Assembly (NCBI GenBank): GCA_963788195.1
Contig: CAWBGA010000017.1
Coordinates: 224,001-288,000 of the forward strand
From: Nitrospirota bacterium
GTDB taxonomy: Bacteria > Nitrospirota > Nitrospiria > Nitrospirales > NS-4
Length of the DNA: 64,000 nucleotides
Direction: 5' to 3'
Position 1 is the stretch's first letter. The number at the start of each line of letters is the position of its first letter. The notes below the pieces were generated by a model, which worked only from the letters and a program-made list of their open reading frames with translations, did not search any database and had not been told where the DNA came from. Positions 1 through 11,106 of this stretch are shown one piece after another. Position numbers and translations under genes: made by a program.

Positions 1-1547
1 AGACACTCAAAGAGACCGCCGAGGAGGGTTTACGGTTTCTTCGTCGGCAAAAAGATGTTCAGGAAGCGGAGCTGTTTGTCGCTGATAATACAGCGCTGAC
101 AGCTCGCCTCAACTACGTCTCGCACATTCCCTGTAACGGGGTGGAAGAGCCCAAATCCATTGGATCCTGCGGCTTGAGCGTCCGGGCGGTATTTGAGGAT
201 CTCAAAGGTCACCGCGTCGGAATGGGTAGCGAACCGGGCAATCTTTCATTAGAAGGTGTAAAGGCGGCCCTCGACAAGGCACGCCGTATTGCGGTGCACG
301 ACCCGCATTTCACGAGGCTCCCACGTCCCACGACGGAACGCCGCACGCTGCATACCTATCATGATCCTGCCACTATGGCAGTGTCCGATACTGATCTGGT
401 TCACGCCGGGTGGCGGGTCCTTTCGCAAGCCTTGCAAGTCTTTGGGGAAACCGGGCCTCTCAAGACACTGGTGTCTTCGAATCAGCAGCTCCAGGATCTC
501 GGCTTGATCGTGGGCGGTGACGTCACAATTTTACAGGAACGGATCGCCATCGGTTCTTCAGAGCTGCCGAAAGTTCAGACTGATGAATCAGGCTGGATCG
601 CGTCTTTCATCACCGCAATGGTCGAGCGCGAAGATGCGAAGGGCACTGGCTTCGCGTGCTCAACCCATCTGAACAAATTCCGGGGTGAGGCCGGCGCCGA
701 AGCTGCCAGAAACGCGGTTGCCGCGGTCAGCGGGGTCCGAATCCAGGACGGCGAATATCGCGTCATTCTAGGCGCTCAGCCCGTTGCCGATCTGTTCAAT
801 AATGTCGTGCTGCCCAGTTTAAGCGCCGATGCCATCTACGATAGGAGTTCTGCTTTTCATGGGCAAATGGGCAGGCAGGTCGCCAATGAGATTGTGAGCG
901 TGTATGATCATGGCGCCCTCCCCGGGCAGATCGGCAGCAAGGGAATTACCTGCGAAGGCCTCCCCACGGGGCGCACCGACCTTATTAAAGACGGTGTCCT
1001 GGTGGGGGTGCTTTCAAACTTCTACGAGACGGAGCGGCTCTTAAGCGACCCCGACGCTAAAGAAAAACTCGGCCTGGCGCCGGACAGGCTGAAGGATGCG
1101 CTCGTTCCACGCAATGGATTCCGATCCGCATCGGGCGGAGGCCGGCGGTTCGACGTGCCGCCGTCTATTGCGGCGACGAACGTGTTCATCAAAGGGCCGG
1201 ATGAGAAGAATCTGGCTGACCTGATCCGTGAGGTCGAAAACGGACTATACATTGGGAGGATTTGGTATACCTACCCGATTAATGGATTGCGGGCGGGAGA
1301 TTTCACCTGTACAGTCGTAGGCGATTCGTTCTTGATTCAGAATGGAAAGCTCGCGCGACCGATAAAGGCGAACACGATCCGGATCAACGATAACATCCAT
1401 CACCTGTTGCAGAACATCACGGGGATCACCCACAAAAGCCGTCCTACCGTGGTGTGGGACGGGGATGAAGTGGTGCACGCCCCTGAAATTTCGATTTCCG
1501 ATCTTAAGCTTGACGCGATTGCCAGCTATATGGACTCACTTCGATGA
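1..1547 (+). CDS. TldD/PmbA family metalloprotease-like protein (5' truncated by window edge)
   Basis: The frame is open from base 3 (TLKETAEEGLRFL...). Family-like segments include EGLPTGRTDLIKDGVL, ATNVFI, GDFTCTV and GKLARPIKANTIRI. Confidence 0.85.
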   Translation, partial: TLKETAEEGLRFLRRQKDVQEAELFVADNTALTARLNYVSHIPCNGVEEPKSIGSCGLSVRAVFEDLKGHRVGMGSEPGNLSLEGVKAALDKARRIAVHDPHFTRLPRPTTERRTLHTYHDPATMAVSDTDLVHAGWRVLSQALQVFGETGPLKTLVSSNQQLQDLGLIVGGDVTILQERIAIGSSELPKVQTDESGWIASFITAMVEREDAKGTGFACSTHLNKFRGEAGAEAARNAVAAVSGVRIQDGEYRVILGAQPVADLFNNVVLPSLSADAIYDRSSAFHGQMGRQVANEIVSVYDHGALPGQIGSKGITCEGLPTGRTDLIKDGVLVGVLSNFYETERLLSDPDAKEKLGLAPDRLKDALVPRNGFRSASGGGRRFDVPPSIAATNVFIKGPDEKNLADLIREVENGLYIGRIWYTYPINGLRAGDFTCTVVGDSFLIQNGKLARPIKANTIRINDNIHHLLQNITGITHKSRPTVVWDGDEVVHAPEISISDLKLDAIASYMDSLR

Positions 1548-1819
1548 CCCCAGACAAGCAGGTAGATCCAGGGCCGGCACCAGAGGGTTCGGAACGGGAG
1601 AGTGGGCTAGCCGGTACTCCGGGCGGTATTCATAACCGGCCTCCGATCCCCGGCGCCGGCGAGAAAGCCGAGTGTCCCAAGTTCATGAGTCACGGTCCAT
1701 GCGGCGGTGTGCGTAAGGGCGGCTATTGCGAGGTCTTTCCTGAGATGATGTGTCCCTGGGTCATGATGTATTTTGACCTGGAGAAGATGGGAAAGCTCGA
1801 ATGGATGACACGCACATGA
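1544..1819 (+). CDS. Small Cys-rich MTHFR C-terminal-like (MetV-type) domain protein
   Basis: CPKxxxxGPCGG...CEV....CPW motif; ATGA overlaps with both neighbours. Confidence 0.75.
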   Translation: MTPDKQVDPGPAPEGSERESGLAGTPGGIHNRPPIPGAGEKAECPKFMSHGPCGGVRKGGYCEVFPEMMCPWVMMYFDLEKMGKLEWMTRT

Positions 1820-2235
1820 AACGCGGCACCTCCAGCCGCGTGACCCATGCCGACCCTGCCAACGCCTATACTGATCAGCACGCCCAAAGCGGCGTCAATA
1901 CTAAGCTTCCCGAGATCGAAACCTGGCCTAACCAGTTCAAGAATTACCACATTACCATTGAGATACCTGAATACACAGCGATCTGTCCGAAAACCGGCCT
2001 CCCTGACTTCGGCACGATCCGCATCACCTACCTCCCTGATAAGCGATGCGTGGAACTTAGGTCTCTCAAGATGTATATCCATTCGTACCGCAATCTTGGG
2101 ATCTTCTACGAAAATGCAGTGAATCGCATCTTGAAGGACCTCGTCGTCGCCTGTCATCCTGTCAACGCTCGTGTGACGGGCGAATTCACAGCCCGCGGCG
2201 GCTTACGCAGCGTGATCGAAGCCCGATATCCGTAG
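1816..2235 (+). CDS. queF: preQ1 synthase (7-cyano-7-deazaguanine reductase), short type
   Basis: CPKTGLPDFG catalytic motif, ELRSLKMY QueF motif, and RGG near the C-terminus. Confidence 0.95.
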   Translation: MKRGTSSRVTHADPANAYTDQHAQSGVNTKLPEIETWPNQFKNYHITIEIPEYTAICPKTGLPDFGTIRITYLPDKRCVELRSLKMYIHSYRNLGIFYENAVNRILKDLVVACHPVNARVTGEFTARGGLRSVIEARYP

Positions 2236-2778
2236 TTTCGTAATTCCCCGGCACGCACAGCACCATCCACGCTCACCCGACTGCAATAGGGAGCGCCTTA
2301 AGGTAGGTGGGGTGAACCCGGTACACATTCGTCACAGCGCGTAAAATCTCTCCATCCAATCACCCAAATCAGCAGACGCGCCGGCAGACGGTGGTACCGT
2401 GAGCGTCACGAGTGTTGCCGTGGACAAAGATGACATTCGAGAGGCCACACAGGGAGCACCAGCACACGTCGCGAGCAGTGCATACACGTGAACAGCTGCC
2501 CCTCGTTGATCGGTTAGCGGTGACTCGACAGGCTGTCTGTTCCTTCAAATGACATCCCATCATTCGAAGAATAGAGTACCCGCAAGTTGTTTTGTGCATT
2601 ATACTTGCAAACCTGTTATATCCACTGAGATGGCAGAATCCAAACAAAAGATCTTGTTGCAGGCCCGCGTCAATGCGACTATGGAGAAATGTCCGTTCCT
2701 TCACGAATGGTCGCCCCATGGGAGGCCATTAGTCCTGGAACGTTGCGTTGAACCGAAAAATGGAGGCACATCTAGAGA

Positions 2779-3984
2779 ATGTCAATGAACATACGACAGG
2801 CGGTGATTGTCAGCGCCGTGCGGACTCCGACAGGGAGCTTCAATGGAGTCTTCAGTACTGTGCCGGCGACAAAACTGGGAAGCATCGCCATAGCTGAGGC
2901 GCTGAAGCGCGCCAGCATAGCAGGCGAGGACGTCGACGAGGTCCATATGGGGTGCGTATTGCCGGCAGGCCTTGGACAAGCCCCCGCGAGGCAGGCGGCA
3001 ATCGGTGCGGGCCTGCCCCATTCTGTCGGGACCACAACCGTGAACAAGGTCTGTGGTTCAAGCCTCATGAGCGCCATTATGGCGCAACAGGCGATCAGCT
3101 TGGGCACTGCCAATGTGGTGGTGGCCGGCGGGATGGAAAACATGTCCAGGGCGCCCTATCTTTTAGAGAAAGCCCGACAAGGGTATCGGCTGGGTCACGG
3201 TGAAGTAACCGATAGCCTGATCAAAGACGGGCTGTGGGATGTCTACAATAATTTTCACATGGGGGACGGCGGCGAACTCTGTGCAAAGAAGTACGGCCTC
3301 TCACGAGCGGAGGCCGATGACTACGCGCTCGAGAGCTATCGACGCGCGCTGGAAGCGATCGCGAGCGGCGCCTTCAAGCGCGAGACAGTATCCGTAGAGG
3401 TGCCGCAACGCAAAGGGCCGCCGCTGGTGGTGGAACAGGATGAAGAGCCGGGCAAGGCTGACCTCAGTAAAATGCGATCTTTCAAGCCGGTATTTCAGGA
3501 GGATGGGATCCTGACCGTTGGAAATTCACCTTCCTGTAACGACGGTGCCGCTGCGTTGGTCTTGATGGCTGAGGAGGACGCACAGGCACGCGGACTTCAA
3601 CCGTTGGCACGGATGACAGGATACGCGGGAGCGGCAGTGGCACCTGAGTGGTTCACATTGGCGCCGATCGATGCGATCAGGCGCGTCTTGAAGCAGACGG
3701 GGCTTTCGATCGGCGACATAGACCTCTTCGAAATCAACGAGGCCTTCTCGGCCGTGGCGCTCGCGATCAACCGGGAACTGGGGCTGGACCCGGCGAAAGT
3801 CAATGTCAATGGCGGAGCGGTCGCGCTTGGCCATCCGATCGGCGCAACGGGCGCAAAGATCCTGACGACACTGCTCTATGCATTAGAGGCGCGAGGAGAA
3901 CGACGTGGGCTGGCGAGCCTCTGTATCGGCGGCGGAGAAGCGTTGGCTGTTATCGTTGAACGCGAAGATCGGTCGGTAGCTTGA
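2779..3984 (+). CDS. phaA: Acetyl-CoA C-acetyltransferase (thiolase)
   Basis: NKVCGS, NEAF, GHPIGA and CIGGG motifs; convergent with phaC. Confidence 0.93.
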   Translation: MSMNIRQAVIVSAVRTPTGSFNGVFSTVPATKLGSIAIAEALKRASIAGEDVDEVHMGCVLPAGLGQAPARQAAIGAGLPHSVGTTTVNKVCGSSLMSAIMAQQAISLGTANVVVAGGMENMSRAPYLLEKARQGYRLGHGEVTDSLIKDGLWDVYNNFHMGDGGELCAKKYGLSRAEADDYALESYRRALEAIASGAFKRETVSVEVPQRKGPPLVVEQDEEPGKADLSKMRSFKPVFQEDGILTVGNSPSCNDGAAALVLMAEEDAQARGLQPLARMTGYAGAAVAPEWFTLAPIDAIRRVLKQTGLSIGDIDLFEINEAFSAVALAINRELGLDPAKVNVNGGAVALGHPIGATGAKILTTLLYALEARGERRGLASLCIGGGEALAVIVEREDRSVA

Positions 3985-4016
3985 TCTTTCAATAGCGGGG
4001 GCTTAATGCTGGTGCG

Positions 4017-5108
4017 TTAGCCTCGCTGCTTCAACCAGTCTGCGATGAGCGGGGGGAGATCCCTTTGCACTTTACCGCTCACATACATGCCGATATGCCC
4101 GACAGGGAAAGACTTCACGGTGTAGTCGGTGCTTCCTACATGCGACCCCAACGCTACAGAGGAAGCCGGCGGCACCAGATGGTCCTGCTCAGCATAGATG
4201 TTCAGCACTGGTAGCTGAATGTTGCTCAGCGCCACGAGTTTCTCCCCGATCTTGACCTCTCCTTTGATCAGCTTGTTTGCCTGATAAAAATCTTTCATAA
4301 ACTGTCTGTACGTCTCTCCGGCCTGGTCGGGGCTGTCGAAAATCCACTCTTCCATGCGCAGGAAGTTTTGCAATTTTTCTTCATTGTCCAAGATATCGAT
4401 CATTTCGAGATACTTGCCGATGCCCAACTGAAAGGGTTTCATCATCAAGAAGCCCAAATTCATAAACTCACCCGGGATGTTGCCAAAGGCATCCACCAAG
4501 TCGTCAACATCCATGCCCGGCGTCCCGACTTCGCACCCCGCCCAGAGGTTCGGCAGGCCCTCCGTCACATGAAAATCGACCGGCGTCACCATCGTAACGA
4601 GGTTTTTTACCTTTTCCGGGTGCAGGGCGGTATAGCACAGACTGATGGTGCCTCCTTGGCAGATGCCCAGGATATTGATCGCATCCGCGCCATGACGCTT
4701 GCGGACGACATCGACACAATTGTCGATATATCCGTTGATGTAATCGTCGAGCGTCAGCCACCGATCCCCTCTGCCCGGGTAACCCCAATCAATCAAATAG
4801 ACATCCATGCCGAGTTTCAACAGGTTGCGCACCAGCGACCTGTCTTCCTGCAGATCGACCATGTACGGCCTGTTCACCAGCGCGTACACGATAAGAATCG
4901 GCACCCGAAAAGGCTGGTCCACCATGGGGCTATAGCGATACAGGACGAGATTCTCTTCCCGATAGACTTCTTCTTTGGGGCTTGCCCCGACCTGTATATC
5001 CTGCTTATGGATACGACCGAGATTCTCGATCCCCTTGAGAATCTTTTGGTTCAAGTCGATCAACTCACGAGTGGTATCATGTGGATTCAAAAGTGGAGGA
5101 AACGGCAT
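4017..5108 (-). CDS. phaC: Class III poly(R)-hydroxyalkanoate synthase subunit PhaC
   Basis: Lipase box GICQGG, YALVNRPYMVDLQ, DHLVPP and GHIG; about 360 aa. Confidence 0.95.
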   Translation of the reverse strand: MPFPPLLNPHDTTRELIDLNQKILKGIENLGRIHKQDIQVGASPKEEVYREENLVLYRYSPMVDQPFRVPILIVYALVNRPYMVDLQEDRSLVRNLLKLGMDVYLIDWGYPGRGDRWLTLDDYINGYIDNCVDVVRKRHGADAINILGICQGGTISLCYTALHPEKVKNLVTMVTPVDFHVTEGLPNLWAGCEVGTPGMDVDDLVDAFGNIPGEFMNLGFLMMKPFQLGIGKYLEMIDILDNEEKLQNFLRMEEWIFDSPDQAGETYRQFMKDFYQANKLIKGEVKIGEKLVALSNIQLPVLNIYAEQDHLVPPASSVALGSHVGSTDYTVKSFPVGHIGMYVSGKVQRDLPPLIADWLKQRG

Positions 5109-5111
5109 CGC

Positions 5112-6254
5112 CTAGGCTCCTTGTCCTGTTGCCCCGGAGGGACTGTCCGCGCGCTCTCGCGGTGTCTTTTCGGAGAGGTCTGACGGCATTCCACCGTTCG
5201 CCTTGTGCTTGACCTGCTTGGGTGATTCTGCCTTGAGTGCCTGGAACGCTTTCTTAAGCTCCTTCACATCTTTGCGAAGCTCATAGATTCTTCGATAGGC
5301 CTCGTCCAATTCACTGCGTGAAGCGAGATGGCTGGCCTTCAAAAAAGCATCCACGATCTCACGTTCGCGAAGCCGGTAGGCTGTTGCCGTATTGACTAAA
5401 CGCCCCTGGATCTGAATGTATTCGGCCGAGCGAAATACGTCCGTGAAGACCTGGTCCACGGTTTCAATCCACAGAAGCAACAGCGTTTTGACACTCGGCA
5501 CAGTTTCACCCTTTTCAGCGAGCGTCACCAGCCGTCGCATAAACTCTTCGAACGCGCGAATCCATGTCTGGCCCAGTGACACCTGGTACTCGAAACCCGC
5601 CTTGCGGTAATCCAACCATGCGTCGAATCCCTTCAGCATATCCTCATTCATTTCGCGCGTGATGCCCAGGCTTGGGCCTTCAAGCATTCGACCGAACGTG
5701 CGCTCATAGGCATCCCAGTACAGCTTTTGCAACTCCATCAGCGCTGAACCATTACCGGTTGACGCCTGCCCGAAGTTCCACGGCGCCTGCTGCAACGACG
5801 TTGCCCAAGGCTGCGCCAGCCCCTTCCACTGTTCGTTGTAGAGCCGCCAGAGTTCGCCCGTATCTTGAACAGCCTTCTGTACCTCTTGCGGGAATTGGAG
5901 GGACTGCTGGCGCAAGCTCTCAGCGTAGCTTCGAAGAGCGGTTTGCGGGTCCTTACCGGACTCGCTCGTCGGGGTGATCGCCTTCCAAGCTCTCAGCGAG
6001 AGCTCGAGAAAACGGAGCATCTGGCCTTGACTGGCAAGTAGGCGTTCCGCCACATCTTTGGCGACCTGCTCGCCATCCGCAGGCCAACCCGGCACCCCTT
6101 CGGAAGCCGTTTCATATCCCTGCTTTGCTGCATCAGAAGACACGGGCGTCGGGGAGATAACGCCCGGCATCCAATCAGACCAGTTTTTCCACAGTTGCTT
6201 CTGGGTTTCGGCCAAGGCCTTGACCATCGCTTCGGTTTGCTCAGTCCACTGCAC
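5112..6254 (-). CDS. phaE: Class III PHA synthase subunit PhaE
   Basis: Directly upstream of phaC. GTG start with GGGGAGG SD. Contains PSLGITRE and a C-terminal SRSELDEAYRRIYELRK coiled coil. Confidence 0.88.
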   Translation of the reverse strand: MQWTEQTEAMVKALAETQKQLWKNWSDWMPGVISPTPVSSDAAKQGYETASEGVPGWPADGEQVAKDVAERLLASQGQMLRFLELSLRAWKAITPTSESGKDPQTALRSYAESLRQQSLQFPQEVQKAVQDTGELWRLYNEQWKGLAQPWATSLQQAPWNFGQASTGNGSALMELQKLYWDAYERTFGRMLEGPSLGITREMNEDMLKGFDAWLDYRKAGFEYQVSLGQTWIRAFEEFMRRLVTLAEKGETVPSVKTLLLLWIETVDQVFTDVFRSAEYIQIQGRLVNTATAYRLREREIVDAFLKASHLASRSELDEAYRRIYELRKDVKELKKAFQALKAESPKQVKHKANGGMPSDLSEKTPRERADSPSGATGQGA

Positions 6255-6294
6255 GGCGTCCCTCCCCAATAATCCCGATGAGCGTGCGCTGCTA

Positions 6295-6774
6295 CTATGA
6301 CTTCTTGCGCGCCTGTCCCGCGTTCCGCAACCATTCCGTTTGGGCATCCTGTGCCTTCTGAATGGTCTCCTGCCAGCTCTGCAGGAATTTCTGCCCGTCC
6401 TGGGCCCAGTTCATCATGTTGGAAGCATCAAGCTTCTTGGCGAACTCGAACCAGTTCGCCCAAAGCTGCTTCTGCGTTTCCGTCAACCGCGTGATCAGGT
6501 CCTGTCCCTGCTTGGCCACCTCGGCGATCTCCTGAGGCGTGCCCTTGGTGTTCGCGAGACTCTCGGTCCAGCTGCGTGCTGATTCAACCTGAGAATCCAG
6601 AACCTTTTGTATCGTTTGGTTCCACGTCTCCACCGTCTTTTCCCAAACGGCGGTGGACGGAGACTTTCCGAAGCCCTGCATGGCTTTAACGGAGTCATCC
6701 CACATCTTCTTTTGCGCGTCAGTCCAGCTCTTCAACATGTCCTCAGATTGTTTCGTCCATTCCATCGTTTCCAT
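6295..6774 (-). CDS. Trp/Gln-rich helical protein, putative PHA granule-associated protein
   Basis: AAGGAG SD; lies between phaB and phaE; amphipathic helices resembling the PhaE N-terminus. Confidence 0.65.
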   Translation of the reverse strand: METMEWTKQSEDMLKSWTDAQKKMWDDSVKAMQGFGKSPSTAVWEKTVETWNQTIQKVLDSQVESARSWTESLANTKGTPQEIAEVAKQGQDLITRLTETQKQLWANWFEFAKKLDASNMMNWAQDGQKFLQSWQETIQKAQDAQTEWLRNAGQARKKS

Positions 6775-6845
6775 TCTCAATCTCCTTTGTGTGTTCTCTG
6801 TCTTGCCCCATCATGACTCCATCTGTCGGAGCCATTCCTTATCAA

Positions 6846-7598
6846 CTACATATAGAATCCGCCGTTGATGCCCAGGACCTGCCCTGTAATATACGAGGAT
6901 TTCTCATCCGCCAAAAAGACAATCGCTCTGGCAATCTCTGATGGCTCGGCCATCCGCCCGACGGGAATGCTTTCCAAAATCTTGTCCATCACGTCTTTGG
7001 GAATCTTCTCCGTCATCGCCGTTTTCACAAAGCCCGGAGCGACAGCGTTGACGGTGATGCCCTTCTTAGCCGTTTCCAAAGCCAGTGCCTTTGTGAAACC
7101 GATGATCCCGGCCTTAGCCGCGGCGTAGTTCGTCTGCCCAAAATTCCCCTTCTGCCCGACGACAGAGCTGGTGTTTACAATCCGGCCGTAGCCGCGTTCA
7201 AGCATCTGCCCGATCACCGCTCGTGAACAGTAAAAAACAGAGGAGAGATCCACGCCGATAACCTTGTCCCAGTGTTCAGGGGACATGTTTTTCATTGTCT
7301 TGTCGATCGTGATGCCGGCATTGTTGACCAGCACGTCGATGCGGCCGAAATCCTTGGTGGCCCTTTCAACGAGACTCACCGCCTCATCGTACCGTGAGAC
7401 ATCCGCCTTATAGAGATTTGCGCGGTATCCTTGGCTCGTGAGTTGCTTCAAAAAGTCTTCCGCGTCCTGATCGCTCTCAACAAGATAGTTCAGGGCTAGC
7501 GTCGCTCCCTCTTGAGCTAAGTGAAGGGAAATGGCTCGTCCGATTCCCCCCACTGCGCCCGTGACGAGAGCAACACGGTCTTTCAAAATAGTTCCCAT
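6846..7598 (-). CDS. phaB: Acetoacetyl-CoA reductase (SDR)
   Basis: TGAVGGIG, NNAGIT and GQTNYAAAK motifs; PHA cluster context. Confidence 0.9.
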   Translation of the reverse strand: MGTILKDRVALVTGAVGGIGRAISLHLAQEGATLALNYLVESDQDAEDFLKQLTSQGYRANLYKADVSRYDEAVSLVERATKDFGRIDVLVNNAGITIDKTMKNMSPEHWDKVIGVDLSSVFYCSRAVIGQMLERGYGRIVNTSSVVGQKGNFGQTNYAAAKAGIIGFTKALALETAKKGITVNAVAPGFVKTAMTEKIPKDVMDKILESIPVGRMAEPSEIARAIVFLADEKSSYITGQVLGINGGFYM

Positions 7599-7655
7599 CT
7601 CAGATAACTCCTACGCAGTCACGGTCTCGACCGGACGAAAGTACAACCCGCTGCT

Positions 7656-8333
<678 letters not shown>

Positions 8334-8353
8334 ATTCAATCTCCTTCTGTCGA

Positions 8354-9530
8354 CTAGCAGAGTTCCACGGCAAGAGCGACGGCGCTACCGCCTCCGATGC
8401 ATAAGCTTGCAATGCCTCGCTTCCCTCCAGTGCGCTTTAACGCATGCAGCAGCGTGGTGAGAATGCGTGCGCCGCTGGCTCCGATTGGATGACCAAGGGC
8501 GACCGCCCCACCATGAATGTTCACACGATCAGGGTCCAGCCGGAGCTCTTTGATGGCCGCCATGGTCACGACCGCAAACGCTTCATTGATCTCATAGAGG
8601 TCGATTTGATCCGCATTGAGCTTCAATTTTCGGAGAAGGACTTGAATCGCCTCGACCGGTGCGATGGTAAACCATTCAGGGGCCAGGGCCTTTTGGGTGT
8701 ACCCGAGGATCCTTGCCATAGGCGTGACGTTGAGAGGCTGCAGCCGATCCTCCGCGACGACGAGCATGCCTGCTGCGCCGTCATTGACGCCTGATGCGTT
8801 TCCGGCAGTGATGGTCCCTCCTTCTTGAAAGGCGGGCGCCAACCCCCTAAGTTTGGCTTCATCAAAGCGCTTCAGCCGCTCATCCTGGAGTACGCGAGAA
8901 TGCGCGGTTTTTGCCCGGATCTCCACAGGCACGATCTCCTCGCCGAACCATCCTTGCTCCTGGGCTTTGAGCGCTTTGCGGTAACTGCGGGCTGCAAAAT
9001 CGTCTTGTGCTTCGCGCGAGAATTCATATTTTCCAGCACACAGTTCGGCGTACGAGCCCATGTGCGCGTCACCATAGGCATCCCAGAGTCCATCCTTAAT
9101 GATGCTGTCCTCGAGCTCGCCATGACCCATCTGATAACCAGACCTGGCTTTTTTCAACAGATATGGGGCTCGGCTCATGCTCTCCATCCCCGCCGCTACC
9201 ACCACATGGGCCGAACCTGATCGAATCGCATCGGCAGCTATCATCACCGCCTTAAGACCCGACCCGCACACTTTATTGACGGTTGATGGTATTCACGCTG
9301 TCAGGGAGGCCTGCGCCTTTCGCGGCTTGGCGCCCGGGGGCCTGTCCAAGTCCCGCAGATAGAACGTTCCCCATGACCACTTCATCAATTTTTCTGGGTT
9401 CGATTCCCGCCCGCCGGATAACTTCTTGAATCACGCAGCTTCCCAACTCGGTCGCGCTCATAGAACTGAGCGCGCCGTTCAGGTTGCCGATGGGTGTCCG
9501 CACAGCTGCAGCAATAAAAGACTCTTGCAC
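8354..9530 (-). CDS. phaA: Second acetyl-CoA C-acetyltransferase (frameshift near 9272)
   Basis: ORFs 9273..9530 and 8354..9271 join at the (T)VNKVCGSG motif; NEAF, GHPIGA and CIGGG present. Confidence 0.9.
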
Positions 9531-9976
9531 GATGCCACCACCTTTCTTTATCTGTGTTAACGGTAAAGAATGACTGAGGTAATATTTGATATCCTTAACC
9601 TGTGGAACGGCAGCGGCCGCTCCCGCATTTTTGACAGATCGGCTTTCGTTACGAGTACGAGCTAGTTGGAAGTAGCAACGAGAGGACTGAGGAAAGCACC
9701 GAAGGCGAAAAGCACCGTCTTCCGGATGGCCTTGCCGATCAGATTCCCACTACCATTGCATCCCGTATACCGCGAAGGGGTAAATTTATCACGCGGCGCT
9801 CGAGAAACACAAGGGGTATTAAGAATCAACTTTCACGGGAAGAATGTCTCATTCGCTTCCCATGACATTAGGGCTATTGGACACCTTCCCTTCCCCATTA
9901 GGGTACGTCTTCCGTGCTCGGCCTCGCCTAGGCTCACGCGAATCATATCCTCTTTCCCTGGAGTGATCAGTTCAGA

Positions 9977-10348
9977 CTATGACGCTGCTCGAAAAACAGC
10001 GAGCAAATCACTCAAGGCCATCGTCTTGTTTTTTAACACGAGCCGCTCCGCCTTCAAATCTTCCATCGCGGCCGTCTTTTGAGATTCGTCTGTGAGACAC
10101 GTCGCCGCGAGTGAGAACACCCGATCACACTCCTGCTCAACCTTGCCCCGGACCACCGGGTTCACCGACAGAATCTCCATCATCTTGGCTCGGGTTGACG
10201 AGAGATGCGCCTGAAGTTCTTGCCGAGGAAAGTTTTGGCCTGCAGTCCCGTTCAGACAACGGTCCAGTTCTTGCGCCAGAAACACGTATAGCCTCACCAG
10301 GGTTTCAGTGATCTCGATATGACTGTTCGTCGTGAGTTCACCGTTCAT
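9977..10348 (-). CDS. Hypothetical helical protein
   Basis: 123 aa ORF with GGAG SD and plausible composition. Confidence 0.6.
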   Translation of the reverse strand: MNGELTTNSHIEITETLVRLYVFLAQELDRCLNGTAGQNFPRQELQAHLSSTRAKMMEILSVNPVVRGKVEQECDRVFSLAATCLTDESQKTAAMEDLKAERLVLKNKTMALSDLLAVFRAAS

Positions 10349-10381
10349 TCTCTCGTCTCCCTCTTCCGAAAAGAACTCTTT

Positions 10382-10637
10382 TTAGAACCTGGAACCGACC
10401 TCTGGTTTCCATTTCGCGTAATATTCTGTATACGAACCGATCCACCTTGCATACCACAGATCAGCCCACTTATTGACCTCGTCCTTCGTCTTGCCATAAC
10501 GCCTTTCTATGGCAGTGTCAAAGGATGCCAGATTGCCTTCAATTTTCAGGAGATCCTCATCCGTAAGATTTCCCCCAGTGCTTTTTAAGATGTCCCTCAA
10601 GTTGCTCCCAGCTCGTTTTGAATTGTTCCTTGTTCAT
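10382..10637 (-). CDS. CsbD-like stress protein (frameshift near the G-run at ~10575)
   Basis: AAGGAGG SD; reconstructed as MNKEQFKTSWEQLEGHLKKHWG|NLTDEDLLKIEG...ERRYGKTKDEV, the CsbD pattern. Confidence 0.75.
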
Positions 10638-11106
10638 GACGGCCTCCTTTGCTTTGCTCAAGCTACAGCGAAAAGTGCAGAAAATTGAGCTCCTGCCACA
10701 CTGGGGAATGGTGCATTAGGCAGCTCTCTTGATCGGCTCGGCGGATACGATGGCGTAGGGTCTGCGCATCAACGGAAGATCTTCTACGTGCAGCCGGCCC
10801 ACAAAGATTCCTTCGCCTCCACAATCTGAACACGACCAGCGCGGCGCGGTGCAATCACAGTCCCAGCTAATCTGAACTTCCATTGTTCAGTCCTTCCTTG
10901 TCGCAGATTGTCTTGGGAAGCAGGAACGAGGAAATACGCCCGGATGGCGAGGAAGAGAACGGGCTACTGTTTAGACGTTCGAGCGCAAGGCAATATCTTT
11001 AATGCCCTAGCGCACGAGCGTACTCCACCGATATCTATTTTGCAAGCCGTAACCGCCAGCGCCCCTCAGCTCGTCGGCAAAGGTGTCACGAAAACGGCAC
11101 TTCCTA

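Noticed and set aside
4368..5183. Long antisense ORFs (also 24030..24818, 33102..33866, 45899..46657)
   Set aside because: They are shadow frames of well-supported genes in GC-rich DNA.
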